From assembly GCA_041389065.1 (NCBI GenBank), contig JAWKSM010000003.1, positions 17,595-81,594 on the forward strand: a DNA stretch of 64,000 nucleotides, given 5' to 3'. A model generated the notes under the pieces. That model saw nothing but the letters and a program-made list of their open reading frames with translations, was not told the DNA's origin and ran no database searches. Source of the DNA: Minisyncoccota bacterium (GTDB lineage Bacteria; Patescibacteriota; Minisyncoccia; Phycocordibacterales; CSBR16-119). The position numbers were made by a program, and so were the translations under genes. Shown in pieces: positions 49,338 to 58,751 of the stretch (the stretch's first letter is position 1; each line of letters opens with the position of its first letter).

Positions 49338-49349
49338 TAAAATAAAAAA

Positions 49350-49375
49350 GAAGGCCGCGCGTAAGGGCGGCCTTC
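49350..49375. terminator. bidirectional intrinsic terminator
   Basis: GAAGGCCGC-(8-nt loop)-GCGGCCTTC flanked by AAAAAA and TTTTT. Confidence 0.75.
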
Positions 49376-49402
49376 TTTTTATTTCACTTTATAGTCTCTA
49401 AA

Positions 49403-50152
49403 TCAACCTCTGTCGAATTCTATTAGCTGTTTTGATCTGAGGTCATAGTGAGCTCTTGAATATGGATTTTCTGACCACTCTAATTTAAATGGATTTAGTT
49501 GATACAAATAAACTGCAGATTTTAGCGGACGGCCCGGATAAATGGTAAAGAACCCATTTTTGCTGATTTTCAATATATTCATTTGGAAGTTTAACTTTTC
49601 CATGACTAAGCAGATAAAACATCAAAGTCTTCTTCTAGGTAAAAATTCAAATTGATTCTCCCCCATTTCTCTACCATAGATATCGCAATCATCTTTTATA
49701 TATTTCTGAAACTTTTCATCCTTCTCATATATATCTTTTACTTGTCTTAGAAGAAAATCAAAATCTCTTGTCCCAACATAAAGCTGATTCCAAACCATAT
49801 AATTAAAACCATGTTGAATCTGAAAATCAAGATTATTTTTTTCAACGATTTTTTGAAAAGCATTCTTATGTTGAATAACCTGATGCATAAATGACTTTTT
49901 TAACTCCGGAGCTGGTTTGTCTGAATATAAATACAAAAAATCTCCGTAAATTAAATTAAGTCCTAAAAGAGGCTTGCTAACTTTTGAAGGGTGAAAAATC
50001 CTAACGTAATCAATACAATTTTCAGCTGATTGACCTCCTCCTCCTTGGAAATCTAACTTATTCATCGACAACCCAAACAAAAGCAAACCCTTCTCCGCCG
50101 GAAGCTTATTAATATCGAAGAAAACATTTTTTTCGTCTTTTGGATTACTCAT
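49403..50152 (-). CDS. hypothetical ~250-aa protein interrupted by an in-frame TGA or local indels
   Basis: ORFs 49622..50152 and 49403..49603 are in the same frame, separated by a TGA. Alternate frames across the junction read NFYLEEDFDVL and LLSHGKVKLPNEYIENQQKW. Confidence 0.55.
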
Positions 50153-50158
50153 TTTAAA

Positions 50159-52849
50159 TTAAATAGAAACTTTGCTAGAAACCTTAGCCACTTTTCTTCT
50201 TCGCGAATTTTTCATAACAGTCACAGTCAGTTCCCCAGCTTTTTCATCGACAACAACCTTGTCACTCGCTCCGACATCATCACCGATTATTTTCGAAGCA
50301 ATTGGATTTAGGATTTTTGTTTGAATTAATCTGTTTAAAGGTCGCGCGCCGTATTTTGGATCGTAACCTTCACGTCCCAAATAAACCAAAGCCTTGTCTG
50401 TAACAGAAAGAATTATTCCTTTTTCAAGAAGTCTCTCAGAAACTTTTTCAACTCTAATCTTTACAATATCGGCGATAACTTCAGGAGAAAGCACGTCGAA
50501 AACAATAATCTCATCGAGTCTGTTTAAGAATTCTGGTCGGAAATGGTTTTTCAAAGCTTCCATGACTTTGTCTTTTGTATTATTGTATTCGTCTTTGTCT
50601 GAGTTGTCAGAAAAACCAATTCGCTCCATCTTGTCGATAAACTGCGAACCAATATTTGAAGTCAAAATAATAACTGTGTTTTTGAAATTCACAACTCTTC
50701 CCTTTCCATCAGTAAGTCGGCCGTCGTCTAGAACTTGAAGCAAGATATTGAAAACTTCTGGATGAGCTTTTTCTATCTCGTCGAAAAGAATTACTGAGTA
50801 TGGTCGGTGTCGAACAGCTTCTGTCAGCTGACCAGCTTCGTCGTGCCCCACGTATCCTGGCGGTGAACCAATAAGTTTCGACACACTGTGTCGCTCCATG
50901 TATTCTGACATGTCGACTCGTATCAAAGCTTTGTCATCGTTGAACATAAATTCTGCCAAAGTTTTTGTCAGCTCTGTTTTTCCAACTCCTGTCGGACCAA
51001 GCAAAATAAATGAACCGATTGGTTTGTTAGGATCAGAAATTCCAGCTCGGTTTCGGCGAATAGTATCTGAGATTTTTACAATTGCTTCTTTTTGACCGAC
51101 AACACGCTTTGCAAGTTCGTCTTCCATTCGAGCGAGCTTCTTTCGTTCTTCTTCAAGCATTCGAGAAAGCGGAATACCAGTCCATCGTGACACAACATGT
51201 GCAATATCCTCTTCGTTAATCTCTTCACGCAAAACTCTTCGAGACTTTTGAAGTTTCTTTAGTCGCGCCATTTTTTTATCAAGTTCTTTTTGTAGAAACG
51301 GAATTTTTCCATATCGAATCTCCGCAGCGCGTCCCAGGTCTGCTTGTGTTTCTGCTGTCTCAGCCTCAAAACGAAGTGTTTCAAGTTTTGATTTTATATC
51401 TTTAATTTCAGAAAGAGTGTCTTTTTCGTTTTTCCATTTAAGTTCGATTTCTTTTGTTTTTTCTCGAAGTTCAGCTATTTCTTTTGAAATTTCTTTCATT
51501 CTTTCTTTTGCGTTTTGTGAAGAAGAAGTTTTGTTTTCCAAGTCTTTCGACAAAGCTTCTTTTTCAATTTCAAGACGCATTATTTTTCTGTGCGCGTCTT
51601 CCAAAACTTCCGGTTTGTTTTCAAGTTCCATTCTAAGAGCTGAAGAAGCTTCATCGATCAAGTCCACAGCTTTGTCTGGTAAAAATCTACTTGTTAAATA
51701 TCTTGTACTCAAATCCACGGCAGTCAAAATCGCGTCGTCTGTGATTCGCACTCCGTGATACAGTTCGTATTTTTCTTTCAAACCTCGAAGTATGGCTACT
51801 GTGTCGTCACGCGTTGGTTCTTCAACATAAACAGGTTGGAAACGACGAGCCAGCGCTGCGTCTTTTTCAATGTGCTTTTGATATTCTTTTGTTGTGGTTG
51901 CACCAATAGCGCGAAGTTCACCGCGAGCAAGCGCCGGCTTTAAAAGTTGCGCAGCGTCCAAAGAACCGTCAGAACTCCCCGCTCCGACAATCATGTGGAT
52001 TTCATCGATGAAAAGAATAACTTTTCCTTCTGACTTTTCAATTTCTTTCATTATTCCTTTTAGACGCTCTTCAAATTCACCTCTGTATTTTGTTCCAGCG
52101 ATAAGCGAACCAACATCCAAAGAAACAAGTTCTTTGTTTTTTAAAGAATCAGAAACGTCACCCTTTGCAATTCGCACTGCCAAACCTTCCACGACAGCAG
52201 TTTTTCCGACACCGGGTTCACCGATAAGTATTGGATTATTTTTTGTTCTTCGAGAAAGAATTTGCATTATTCTCATAATCTCAGAATCACGACCAATAAC
52301 AGGATCGAGTTTGTCTTCTTTTGCCATTGCTGTCAGGTTTCTTGTATATTTTGAAAGAAGTCGAAATTGAGCTTTTACAGAAGAAGATTTTCCATCTTCG
52401 TGTCGCAACTCTTCAAGAGCTTTCATAACTTCCTTTTTATCAATCTTGAATTGACTTAAAATTTCTTTCATTTCGCCTTGAACATCTAGCGTTGCGATAA
52501 ATAGGTGTTCAGTCGAAACAAATTCGTCTTTTAGAGACTTTGCTATTTTACTTGCGTTTTCAATAACGCTCGCCAAATCTGGCGTAAGGTAAAGTTGAAA
52601 AGAAGGAGAAACTGTCGAAGCATTTTCTGGCGGATCGATACTTTCGATAACATGAGAACTCAGAAGTATTGTATCGACTTCAAGTTTTTCCAAAATAGAC
52701 AAAACCATTGATTCATCCTGCAAAAGAAGTGCAGCGAAAAGGTGTGAAGAGTTTACGTGATTTTGTCCACGCTCAACAGCCAATTCATGCGCTCGACGAA
52801 TTGCGTCTTTTGCTTTTGTTGTGAAGTTGTGAAATGGAGGTTGTTGCAT
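50159..52849 (-). CDS. clpB: ATP-dependent chaperone ClpB
   Basis: Two AAA+ modules (GEPGVGKTA and GPTGVGKTE) are separated by a long coiled-coil M-domain. A Clp_N N-terminus is present. 896 aa. Confidence 0.95.
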   Translation of the reverse strand: MQQPPFHNFTTKAKDAIRRAHELAVERGQNHVNSSHLFAALLLQDESMVLSILEKLEVDTILLSSHVIESIDPPENASTVSPSFQLYLTPDLASVIENASKIAKSLKDEFVSTEHLFIATLDVQGEMKEILSQFKIDKKEVMKALEELRHEDGKSSSVKAQFRLLSKYTRNLTAMAKEDKLDPVIGRDSEIMRIMQILSRRTKNNPILIGEPGVGKTAVVEGLAVRIAKGDVSDSLKNKELVSLDVGSLIAGTKYRGEFEERLKGIMKEIEKSEGKVILFIDEIHMIVGAGSSDGSLDAAQLLKPALARGELRAIGATTTKEYQKHIEKDAALARRFQPVYVEEPTRDDTVAILRGLKEKYELYHGVRITDDAILTAVDLSTRYLTSRFLPDKAVDLIDEASSALRMELENKPEVLEDAHRKIMRLEIEKEALSKDLENKTSSSQNAKERMKEISKEIAELREKTKEIELKWKNEKDTLSEIKDIKSKLETLRFEAETAETQADLGRAAEIRYGKIPFLQKELDKKMARLKKLQKSRRVLREEINEEDIAHVVSRWTGIPLSRMLEEERKKLARMEDELAKRVVGQKEAIVKISDTIRRNRAGISDPNKPIGSFILLGPTGVGKTELTKTLAEFMFNDDKALIRVDMSEYMERHSVSKLIGSPPGYVGHDEAGQLTEAVRHRPYSVILFDEIEKAHPEVFNILLQVLDDGRLTDGKGRVVNFKNTVIILTSNIGSQFIDKMERIGFSDNSDKDEYNNTKDKVMEALKNHFRPEFLNRLDEIIVFDVLSPEVIADIVKIRVEKVSERLLEKGIILSVTDKALVYLGREGYDPKYGARPLNRLIQTKILNPIASKIIGDDVGASDKVVVDEKAGELTVTVMKNSRRRKVAKVSSKVSI

Positions 52850-53281
52850 ATAAAATTATTTACAAACGTATAATAACACGAAAAAGGTTTGCGGTCAAAT
52901 TAGTGAGTTTCAGGAGTGTTTGTTTTATTTTAACATATAAATTATATCTTTTCTTTCTTCTTAATAAGAAAGAAACAAAGAATCAAGACCTAATTAAATA
53001 TTGCTTAAAATAATAGATTTTAAGCCAATAAAATGATGAACTCGCTATAGAAAGAAGTGCCCCGCACTTCTTTCCCTAACTCAAACAGCATCATTTTCTA
53101 AGGCAAAATACTATTATTTTTGGGTCGCAATATTTAAAACGGTCATAAGATTTTAATTTAAGTGCCAAAAGCATTGAAAAAGGGTTTGTTAGCTTGACAA
53201 ATATTTTATTATATGCTACTATATATATAGAACCTTGAAACGAACCTTCTCGCGAAAGCGAGCATAATCCCCCTTACCATC

Positions 53282-53533
53282 ATGGGCACGAACGAGAAAT
53301 TTTTCTGGGTAATTAGTGATGTCGACCTGAATTCAATGTACGACATCCAGGGACCTAAAATTGGAACTTGTAATGTTTTTATTGGTACCGTTGAAGAGAT
53401 AATCGCATCTTCTACTGGACCAATACATCACACTTCCGACCAGAAGCCAGTTAGGTGCTATGATTCCAGTTTCAAAGAACGCGATGACATGACAATTCGC
53501 GTTATTGAATCTCTGGGGACCCATCTATGTTAA
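53282..53533 (+). CDS. hypothetical protein (GC-rich island)
   Basis: 83-aa ORF preceded by a TTGACA-N17-TACTAT-like promoter at about 53197-53225. Confidence 0.45.
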   Translation: MGTNEKFFWVISDVDLNSMYDIQGPKIGTCNVFIGTVEEIIASSTGPIHHTSDQKPVRCYDSSFKERDDMTIRVIESLGTHLC

Positions 53534-53739
53534 GTGGTAAGCCCAAGAGAAGAGGTTGGGGTCACCTAAGACCAAAGCTCGTCGTGAGACGAACAACCTA
53601 AAGTAGACAAGGCCAAGGCCTTGTCTCTACTTTTGAGGACTTGAAGTGATTCGAGTTTTCAAAGAGTGGAAACGCTCAGTTCTTTTCAACATAAACCCTA
53701 GATTCTGCAATTCTGCAGAATCTTAAACCCCTTTTCACC

Positions 53740-54207
53740 ATGAACTCACCCTCAAGCAAACTGCAAGAAATGGCCAATGCACCCAAGCCCGATGTTGAAG
53801 CAATTTACATCGAATGGGGCAAGCTTTTCGCCAAACTGAAGATCGTGAGCGGTCTTTTCTGCTCGATAGAGACAGTTTGCGACAAGTTGAAGATGTTCTG
53901 CCCGGACGAAGACCCTGAGAGCGATCAAGATGTCTTTCAGGTGTTGCTTTACCCAACCGTGAAGGATGTGGTTGAGCATAGTGATACAGACAATCTTCTC
54001 TATTGCTGTTTCTATTCCGACGGCACCGCCAAGATCGGCAATGAAGAAGACGAGAATCTATGTCAGGCGATGCGGGATTTCAGAGACACTTTCTATGTTG
54101 AGGGTAAGGCCTGTATGACGTGGGAAGAGTTGGCTCGTGAGCTATTCAAGCTTGAGAAGCTTATGCTCTCACAAGTTCCGGAAGTTCCGAGCGACCTGAG
54201 GCCCTAG
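53740..54207 (+). CDS. hypothetical acidic protein (GC-rich island)
   Basis: 155-aa ORF rich in Asp, Glu and Cys, with no recognised motif. A strong hairpin follows it. Confidence 0.5.
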   Translation: MNSPSSKLQEMANAPKPDVEAIYIEWGKLFAKLKIVSGLFCSIETVCDKLKMFCPDEDPESDQDVFQVLLYPTVKDVVEHSDTDNLLYCCFYSDGTAKIGNEEDENLCQAMRDFRDTFYVEGKACMTWEELARELFKLEKLMLSQVPEVPSDLRP

Positions 54208-54248
54208 GGCTTCATGAACACTGAGTTGACGAATGCTTGTCAGCTCGA

Positions 54249-54276
54249 AAAGCCCCGTGCAATCGCGCGGGGCTTT
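54249..54276. terminator. bidirectional intrinsic terminator
   Basis: AAAGCCCCG...CGGGGCTTT with TTTTT downstream. It lies between convergent genes. Confidence 0.7.
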
Positions 54277-54318
54277 TTCATTTTTAATATTCGTTAAATC
54301 TTAATTCCTAAATCTTTT

Positions 54319-55548
54319 TTACACCGTCCGCTTTGGAAAATTTTTATATTTCTCGAGAATTTCTTTTATTGCTTTTAGAAGATAGTCTAGATCAGATTTT
54401 GTTGTGTCTTTGCCGAGAGTGATACGTAGGCCGCCGATTCGCGCATCTTCGTTTGGATAGATTTCTGAAATAACAGAAGACTCGTCGCCGGCGGATTCGT
54501 TGCAAGCTGATTTTGAAGAAACAGATATTCCCTTCGCGTCGAGCTCAAAAACCAGAAGCTCGCTTTCAAAGTTTTTAATCGTAATGTTTATATTATTTGG
54601 TGTTCGCTCTTCCCTGCTTCCGTTTATACGGATTATCTCGCCGAAAATCTCGCCCGACTTTTTGAAAAAATAATCTTGCAAGTTTTTTAATCTTGCCGAT
54701 TCGTCTTCTCTTTCAAGCGCTACGAGCTCGACAGCTTTTGTAAATCCGGAAATAGAAACCAAGTCTTCTGTTCCAGCACGAAGTCCACGCTCTTGTGATC
54801 CACCAAAAACTATCGGCGAAATTGGTGTGCCTTTTCTGACATAAAGAAGAGCTACGCCTTTTGGTCCGTAGATTTTTGAAGAGTTAAAAGTGAGGAGGTC
54901 AACAGGAAAAGCATTCATTTCTATTTCTGCAAAAGCAAAAGACTGCGACGCATCTGTGTGAAGTAATGGATAGACTGATTTCGCGTCGCCTTTTTCAAAC
55001 TTTTTAAAATGACGAATTGTTTTTGAAATTTCTTTTATATCTTGGATTGTTCCGATTTCGTTGTGAGCGTGAATTATAGAAACCAAAACAGTTTCTTCTT
55101 TTAAAAGATTTTTAAGTTCTTTTAAATTCACGAAACCTTTTTCATCAACAGAAATATACGACACTTCAACAAGGCCTTCTTTTTCTAAAGCAGAAAAAGT
55201 TTCCAAAACAGCCGAGTGCTCTATCTTTGAAGTTATTATGTGTGGTTTTACACCTTTATTGTTTTGAAGAAAATTATTTACAACTCCTCTTATCGCCAGG
55301 TTTATACTTTCTGTTCCAGTAGCGGTGAAAATGATTTCGTCGGCGCGCGACCGCAGGGAGCGCGCTATTCTTTCCCGACATAAAGACAAAAACTTCTTCG
55401 CTTCTAAACCATCTTTATGCAAAGATCCAGGATTGGCAAAAAACCGAAAAGCTTTTTGCATTTCTTTTATTACCTCTTCTCGGACAGGGGTTGCAGCCGC
55501 ATAGTCCAAGTAAATATTATTTTTTTCTTTTTTAAACAATGAAAACAT
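54319..55548 (-). CDS. cysteine desulfurase (class V aminotransferase, NifS/IscS-like)
   Basis: IYLDYAAATP..., a PLP-lysine context of FNSSKIYGPKG, and SSKSACNE at the active-site Cys loop. I chose the internal ATG at 55548. Confidence 0.85.
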   Translation of the reverse strand: MFSLFKKEKNNIYLDYAAATPVREEVIKEMQKAFRFFANPGSLHKDGLEAKKFLSLCRERIARSLRSRADEIIFTATGTESINLAIRGVVNNFLQNNKGVKPHIITSKIEHSAVLETFSALEKEGLVEVSYISVDEKGFVNLKELKNLLKEETVLVSIIHAHNEIGTIQDIKEISKTIRHFKKFEKGDAKSVYPLLHTDASQSFAFAEIEMNAFPVDLLTFNSSKIYGPKGVALLYVRKGTPISPIVFGGSQERGLRAGTEDLVSISGFTKAVELVALEREDESARLKNLQDYFFKKSGEIFGEIIRINGSREERTPNNINITIKNFESELLVFELDAKGISVSSKSACNESAGDESSVISEIYPNEDARIGGLRITLGKDTTKSDLDYLLKAIKEILEKYKNFPKRTV

Positions 55549-55585
55549 CTTGCAAAGTCTTTTTTCTATTATATAATTTCCCAAT

Positions 55586-56035
55586 ATGGAACAAAATCTC
55601 ATTTATCTTATCGGCTTTCTTATTATCCTTGTTATTGGACTTATTGCAATGCTTGTAAAGATGAACAACAGACTAAACAAACTTCTCGAAGGCAAAAATG
55701 CAAAAACCTTAGAAGACACTCTAATTCAAATTATTGATGAAATAAAAAGAATGAACGGCGCGCAAATCACGACAGATTCTTTGATTAAAGACATTAACAA
55801 AAGATTGAAAACAAGTCTAACAGGTGTTGGAATTGTAAGATTCAACCCTTTCGCTCATTCTGGCGGAAATCAAAGTTTTGCAATAGCGATGTTAAACGAA
55901 CACGGCACTGGAGTTATAATCTCGACTTTATACGGAAGAGAAAAAACAAGTATTTTTGCAAAACCAATCTCAAAATACAAATCTGAATTTGAATTAACAA
56001 AAGAAGAATCAGAAGCTTTAGAAAAAGCGAGTTAA
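55586..56035 (+). CDS. DUF4446-like membrane-anchored protein
   Basis: N-terminal TM, then GIVRFNPFAHSGGNQSFAIAMLNEHGTGVIISTLYGREKTSIFAKPI. Confidence 0.6.
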   Translation: MEQNLIYLIGFLIILVIGLIAMLVKMNNRLNKLLEGKNAKTLEDTLIQIIDEIKRMNGAQITTDSLIKDINKRLKTSLTGVGIVRFNPFAHSGGNQSFAIAMLNEHGTGVIISTLYGREKTSIFAKPISKYKSEFELTKEESEALEKAS

Positions 56036-56111
56036 TTTCAAAATCTATCCAAAAATCTTCGAACGCACAAATAAGTAGCATTTTTTTATTTTTTACTGTA
56101 TAAAGAAGATT

Positions 56112-57641
56112 ATGTCAAAAGACTCTTCAAAAAATTTGGTGGAGAGACCGCCTGTTGTGGCGGTTATGGGACACGTTGATCATGGAAAATCAACGCTTTT
56201 AGACTATATCCGAAAGACAAATATTGTGGCCGGTGAGGCTGGTGGGATCACTCAACACATTTCAGCTTACGAAGTTAGTCACAAAAACCCTGACGGACAA
56301 ATAAAAAGAATAACTTTTCTAGACACTCCTGGTCACGCTGCTTTTTCAAACATGCGAGCACGTGGAGCTCAGGCGGCAGATATCGCCGTGCTTATCGTTG
56401 CCGCAGACGACGGCGTGAACAAACAAACTCTGGAAGCGTATCAAAGTATTGTTGAAAGCAAAACTCCTTTTGTTGTAGCAATAAACAAAATAGACAAAAA
56501 CGGCGCAGATGTTCAAAGAACAAAAAACTCTCTTGTAGAAGCTGGAATATACATCGAAGGATATGGTGGAAATATTTCATGCGTGGAAATTTCTGCAAAA
56601 AACGGAACCGGTATAGACAACCTTCTTGAAACTATTTTGCTGACTGCAGAACTTGAAGAACTTGTTGGAGACAAGAACAAAAATGCAACAGGTTTGGTTA
56701 TTGAATCTGACATGGACGAAAAAAGAGGAATCTCGGCATCTCTTGTTATCAAAGATGGAGTTTTAAAACGTGGAATGTATGTTGTTGTGAACGATTCTAT
56801 TTCTGCAACAAAGATTTTTGAAGATTCTCACGGAAAAAGTGTTGATGAGGCAATGTTCTCTTCCCCAATCCGCGTAACTGGCTTTTCTTCTTCTTTAAAA
56901 ATTCTTGGCTTAACAAAAATTCCAAGAATTGGAGAAACTTTCTATTCTTTCCAAACAAAAAAAGAAGCTGAAAACTTTATCGAAGAAATGAAAGACCTAC
57001 ACGGAGAAAATAACTCTGGAGAAAATCATGTTAGAGAAAATATGATTCCTGTTATTCTAAAAACAGATGTTGCTGGAACTGGCGAAGCAATTGAAGCAGA
57101 AATTAAAAATATTGTTTGCGATGACACCTGTTTTAAAATTATTCGAAAAGGTGTTGGTGATATTACTGAATCTGATCTGACTTTTGCTAACGCCGACAAA
57201 GGTGTGATAATAATTGGATTTAACGTAAAAACAGAAAGAACTGCAATGGATGCAAACGAACAAATCGGCGCGACAATAAAAACATTTAGTATTATCTACG
57301 AACTTACGGATTGGCTAAAAAACGAATTTGAAAAAAGAAAACCTAAAAAAGATGTTTATGAAATAAAAGGAAAAGTAAAAGTTCTTAAGTTTTTTTCAAA
57401 AACAAAAAACAGTCAACTGATCGGCGGAAGAGTTATTGAAGGTTCAATCAAAAAAGGTGCACACGTTAGAATAATGAGAAACGAAGAAGAAGTAATGCGG
57501 GCAAAAATTGAAGGATTGCAACAAAATAGAAGTGAAGTTTCTGAAGTAAAAGAAGGACTTGAATTTGGTTGTATAATAGAAGCAAAAGGAGATCTTTTGC
57601 CTGGCGATATTATCGAATCTTTTGAAGTTGTATCTAAGTAA
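56112..57641 (+). CDS. infB: translation initiation factor IF-2 (short N-terminus)
   Basis: RPPVVAVMGHVDHGKSTLLD...DTPGHAAF...NKID, followed by the IF-2 C-terminal domains. Confidence 0.95.
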   Translation: MSKDSSKNLVERPPVVAVMGHVDHGKSTLLDYIRKTNIVAGEAGGITQHISAYEVSHKNPDGQIKRITFLDTPGHAAFSNMRARGAQAADIAVLIVAADDGVNKQTLEAYQSIVESKTPFVVAINKIDKNGADVQRTKNSLVEAGIYIEGYGGNISCVEISAKNGTGIDNLLETILLTAELEELVGDKNKNATGLVIESDMDEKRGISASLVIKDGVLKRGMYVVVNDSISATKIFEDSHGKSVDEAMFSSPIRVTGFSSSLKILGLTKIPRIGETFYSFQTKKEAENFIEEMKDLHGENNSGENHVRENMIPVILKTDVAGTGEAIEAEIKNIVCDDTCFKIIRKGVGDITESDLTFANADKGVIIIGFNVKTERTAMDANEQIGATIKTFSIIYELTDWLKNEFEKRKPKKDVYEIKGKVKVLKFFSKTKNSQLIGGRVIEGSIKKGAHVRIMRNEEEVMRAKIEGLQQNRSEVSEVKEGLEFGCIIEAKGDLLPGDIIESFEVVSK

Positions 57642-57642
57642 T

Positions 57643-57975
57643 ATGTCTTTTAGAAAAGAAAAAGTAAATAACGAGATAAAAGAGGTTGTGGCAAACTTTC
57701 TTGAAAAAGAAGGAAACAATCTTTCTTTAATCACGGTTACATCTGTCGACGTTTCTCCTGATTTAAAGAATGCGAAAATTTTAATTTCTGTTTTGCCTGA
57801 AAATAAAGAGAAGGCAGCTTTAGATTTTTGTAAAAGAAAAAGAAGTGAAATAAAAAATGAAATAAAGAAAAAAATGAATCTTAGAGTGATTCCTTTTGTT
57901 GATATTGAAATTGACATGGGAGAAAAAAACAGACAAAAAATTCACGACCTACTTTTAGAAGAAGGTTTAGGGTAA
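57643..57975 (+). CDS. rbfA: ribosome-binding factor A
   Basis: It lies immediately after infB, and ITVTSVDVSPDLKNAKILISV is the RbfA core. Start at the ATG at 57643. Confidence 0.85.
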   Translation: MSFRKEKVNNEIKEVVANFLEKEGNNLSLITVTSVDVSPDLKNAKILISVLPENKEKAALDFCKRKRSEIKNEIKKKMNLRVIPFVDIEIDMGEKNRQKIHDLLLEEGLG

Positions 57976-58110
57976 AATATACCCCGAGGTTTTATTTCGA
58001 CCGGCATCGAAATTTTCGCGTAGGATAAAGTTCACCTTACACAAAACCTTAGCGGATAAAAACCACGCTAGAGTAGGAAGTTTAGAAAGTTTGTGTAAAA
58101 TTAAATAATC

Positions 58111-58182
58111 GGCTGGGTGGCGAAGTGGTAACGCTGCGGTCTGCAAAACCGCCATGCACGGGTTCAATTCCCGTCCCAGCCT
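58111..58182 (+). tRNA. tRNA-Cys (GCA)
   Basis: GGCTGGGTGGCGAAGTGGTAACGC... The anticodon arm is GCGGT-CTGCAAA-ACCGC and the T-arm is ACGGGTTCAATTCCCGT. Confidence 0.9.
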
Positions 58183-58217
58183 CAAAAAGATGTCTTAAAT
58201 AGGATAATAAAAAGAGC

Positions 58218-58249
58218 GCAAATTGTGTCGATATATCGACATAATTTGC
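58218..58249. repeat. 32-nt palindrome with a TCGATATATCGA apex (family member)
   Basis: GCAAATTGTGTCGATATATCGACATAATTTGC has one mismatched pair. Weaker symmetry extends to about 58208-58259 (AAAAAGAG.../...TTCTTTTT). Confidence 0.9.
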
Positions 58250-58274
58250 ATTCTTTTTATTTAAATATTTTATG

Positions 58275-58356
58275 TGCCCAGAGTGGGGGTCGAACCCACA
58301 TCCCTTTCGAGACACGATTTTAAGTCGTGCGCGTATACCAATTCCGCCATCCGGGC
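58275..58356 (-). tRNA. tRNA-Leu (UAA)
   Basis: GCCCGGATGGCGGAATTGGTATACGCG... The anticodon arm is CACGA-CTTAAAA-TCGTG. It has a long variable arm and the T-arm TGGGTTCGACCCCCA. Confidence 0.9.
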
Positions 58357-58408
58357 ATGTAACTATTATTTATTTTTTAATCAACATTTAAATACTATCA
58401 AAAAATAT

Positions 58409-58450
58409 CCCGCCGCGTATACCTCTGTATTTAATTTGCGCCATCCGGTT
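58409..58450 (-). other. tRNA-Leu 5'-half-like remnant with a D-loop insertion
   Basis: The minus strand reads AACCGGATGGCG-CAAATTAAATACAGA-GGTATACGCGGCGGG and then ATATTTTTTG. No anticodon arm or T-arm follows. Confidence 0.6.
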
Positions 58451-58460
58451 ATTTATATTG

Positions 58461-58536
58461 TGGTCCTCTCGGTAGGGATCGAACCTACGACCGTCTCCTT
58501 AAGAGGGAGCTGCTCTACCAACTGAGCTACGAGAGG
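58461..58536 (-). tRNA. tRNA-Lys (CUU), CCA encoded
   Basis: CCTCTCGTAGCTCAGTTGGTAGAGCA... The anticodon loop is CTCTTAA, the T-arm is GTAGGTTCGATCCCTAC, and the 3' end is CGAGAGGACCA. Confidence 0.85.
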
Positions 58537-58566
58537 TAGCTAAAATTACAAAACAAAGTTCTGTTG

Positions 58567-58648
58567 TGCCCAGGAGAGGACTCGAACCTCCACGGATTGC
58601 TCCATTGGTTCCTAAGACCAACGCGGCTACCAATTACGCCACCTGGGC
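58567..58648 (-). tRNA. tRNA-Leu (UAG)
   Basis: GCCCAGGTGGCGTAATTGGTAGCCGCG... The anticodon arm is TTGGT-CTTAGGA-ACCAA. It has a long variable arm and the T-arm GGAGGTTCGAGTCCTCT. Confidence 0.9.
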
Positions 58649-58724
58649 ATTGTCGGGTGACAAAAGGATATTAACATATCTTTTTAATTTTGTCTTGTCT
58701 TTTTCCCAAAATTTAATCTTTCCC

Positions 58725-58750
58725 AATTCTATCGATATATCGATAGAATT
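58725..58750. repeat. 26-nt perfect palindrome with a TCGATATATCGA apex (family member)
   Basis: AATTCTATCGATATATCGATAGAATT ends 1 nt before the stop codon of the 58752..59165 gene. Confidence 0.95.
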
Positions 58751-58751
58751 T

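Noticed and set aside
52850-53281. Heat-shock operators (CtsR box GGTCAAA-N3-GGTCAAA, CIRCE TTAGCACTC-N9-GAGTGCTAA) upstream of clpB and hsp20.
   Set aside because: Only a single GGTCAAA half-site (~52888) and no CIRCE-like inverted repeat were found. This is insufficient for a call.
57976-58110. The structured-looking spacer between rbfA and tRNA-Cys (TTACACAAA...TTTGTGTAA arms with an inner CTTAGCG/CGCTAG hairpin) as a small RNA.
   Set aside because: The stems are short and AT-rich with no recognisable family motif. It cannot be distinguished from chance without covariation or expression data.
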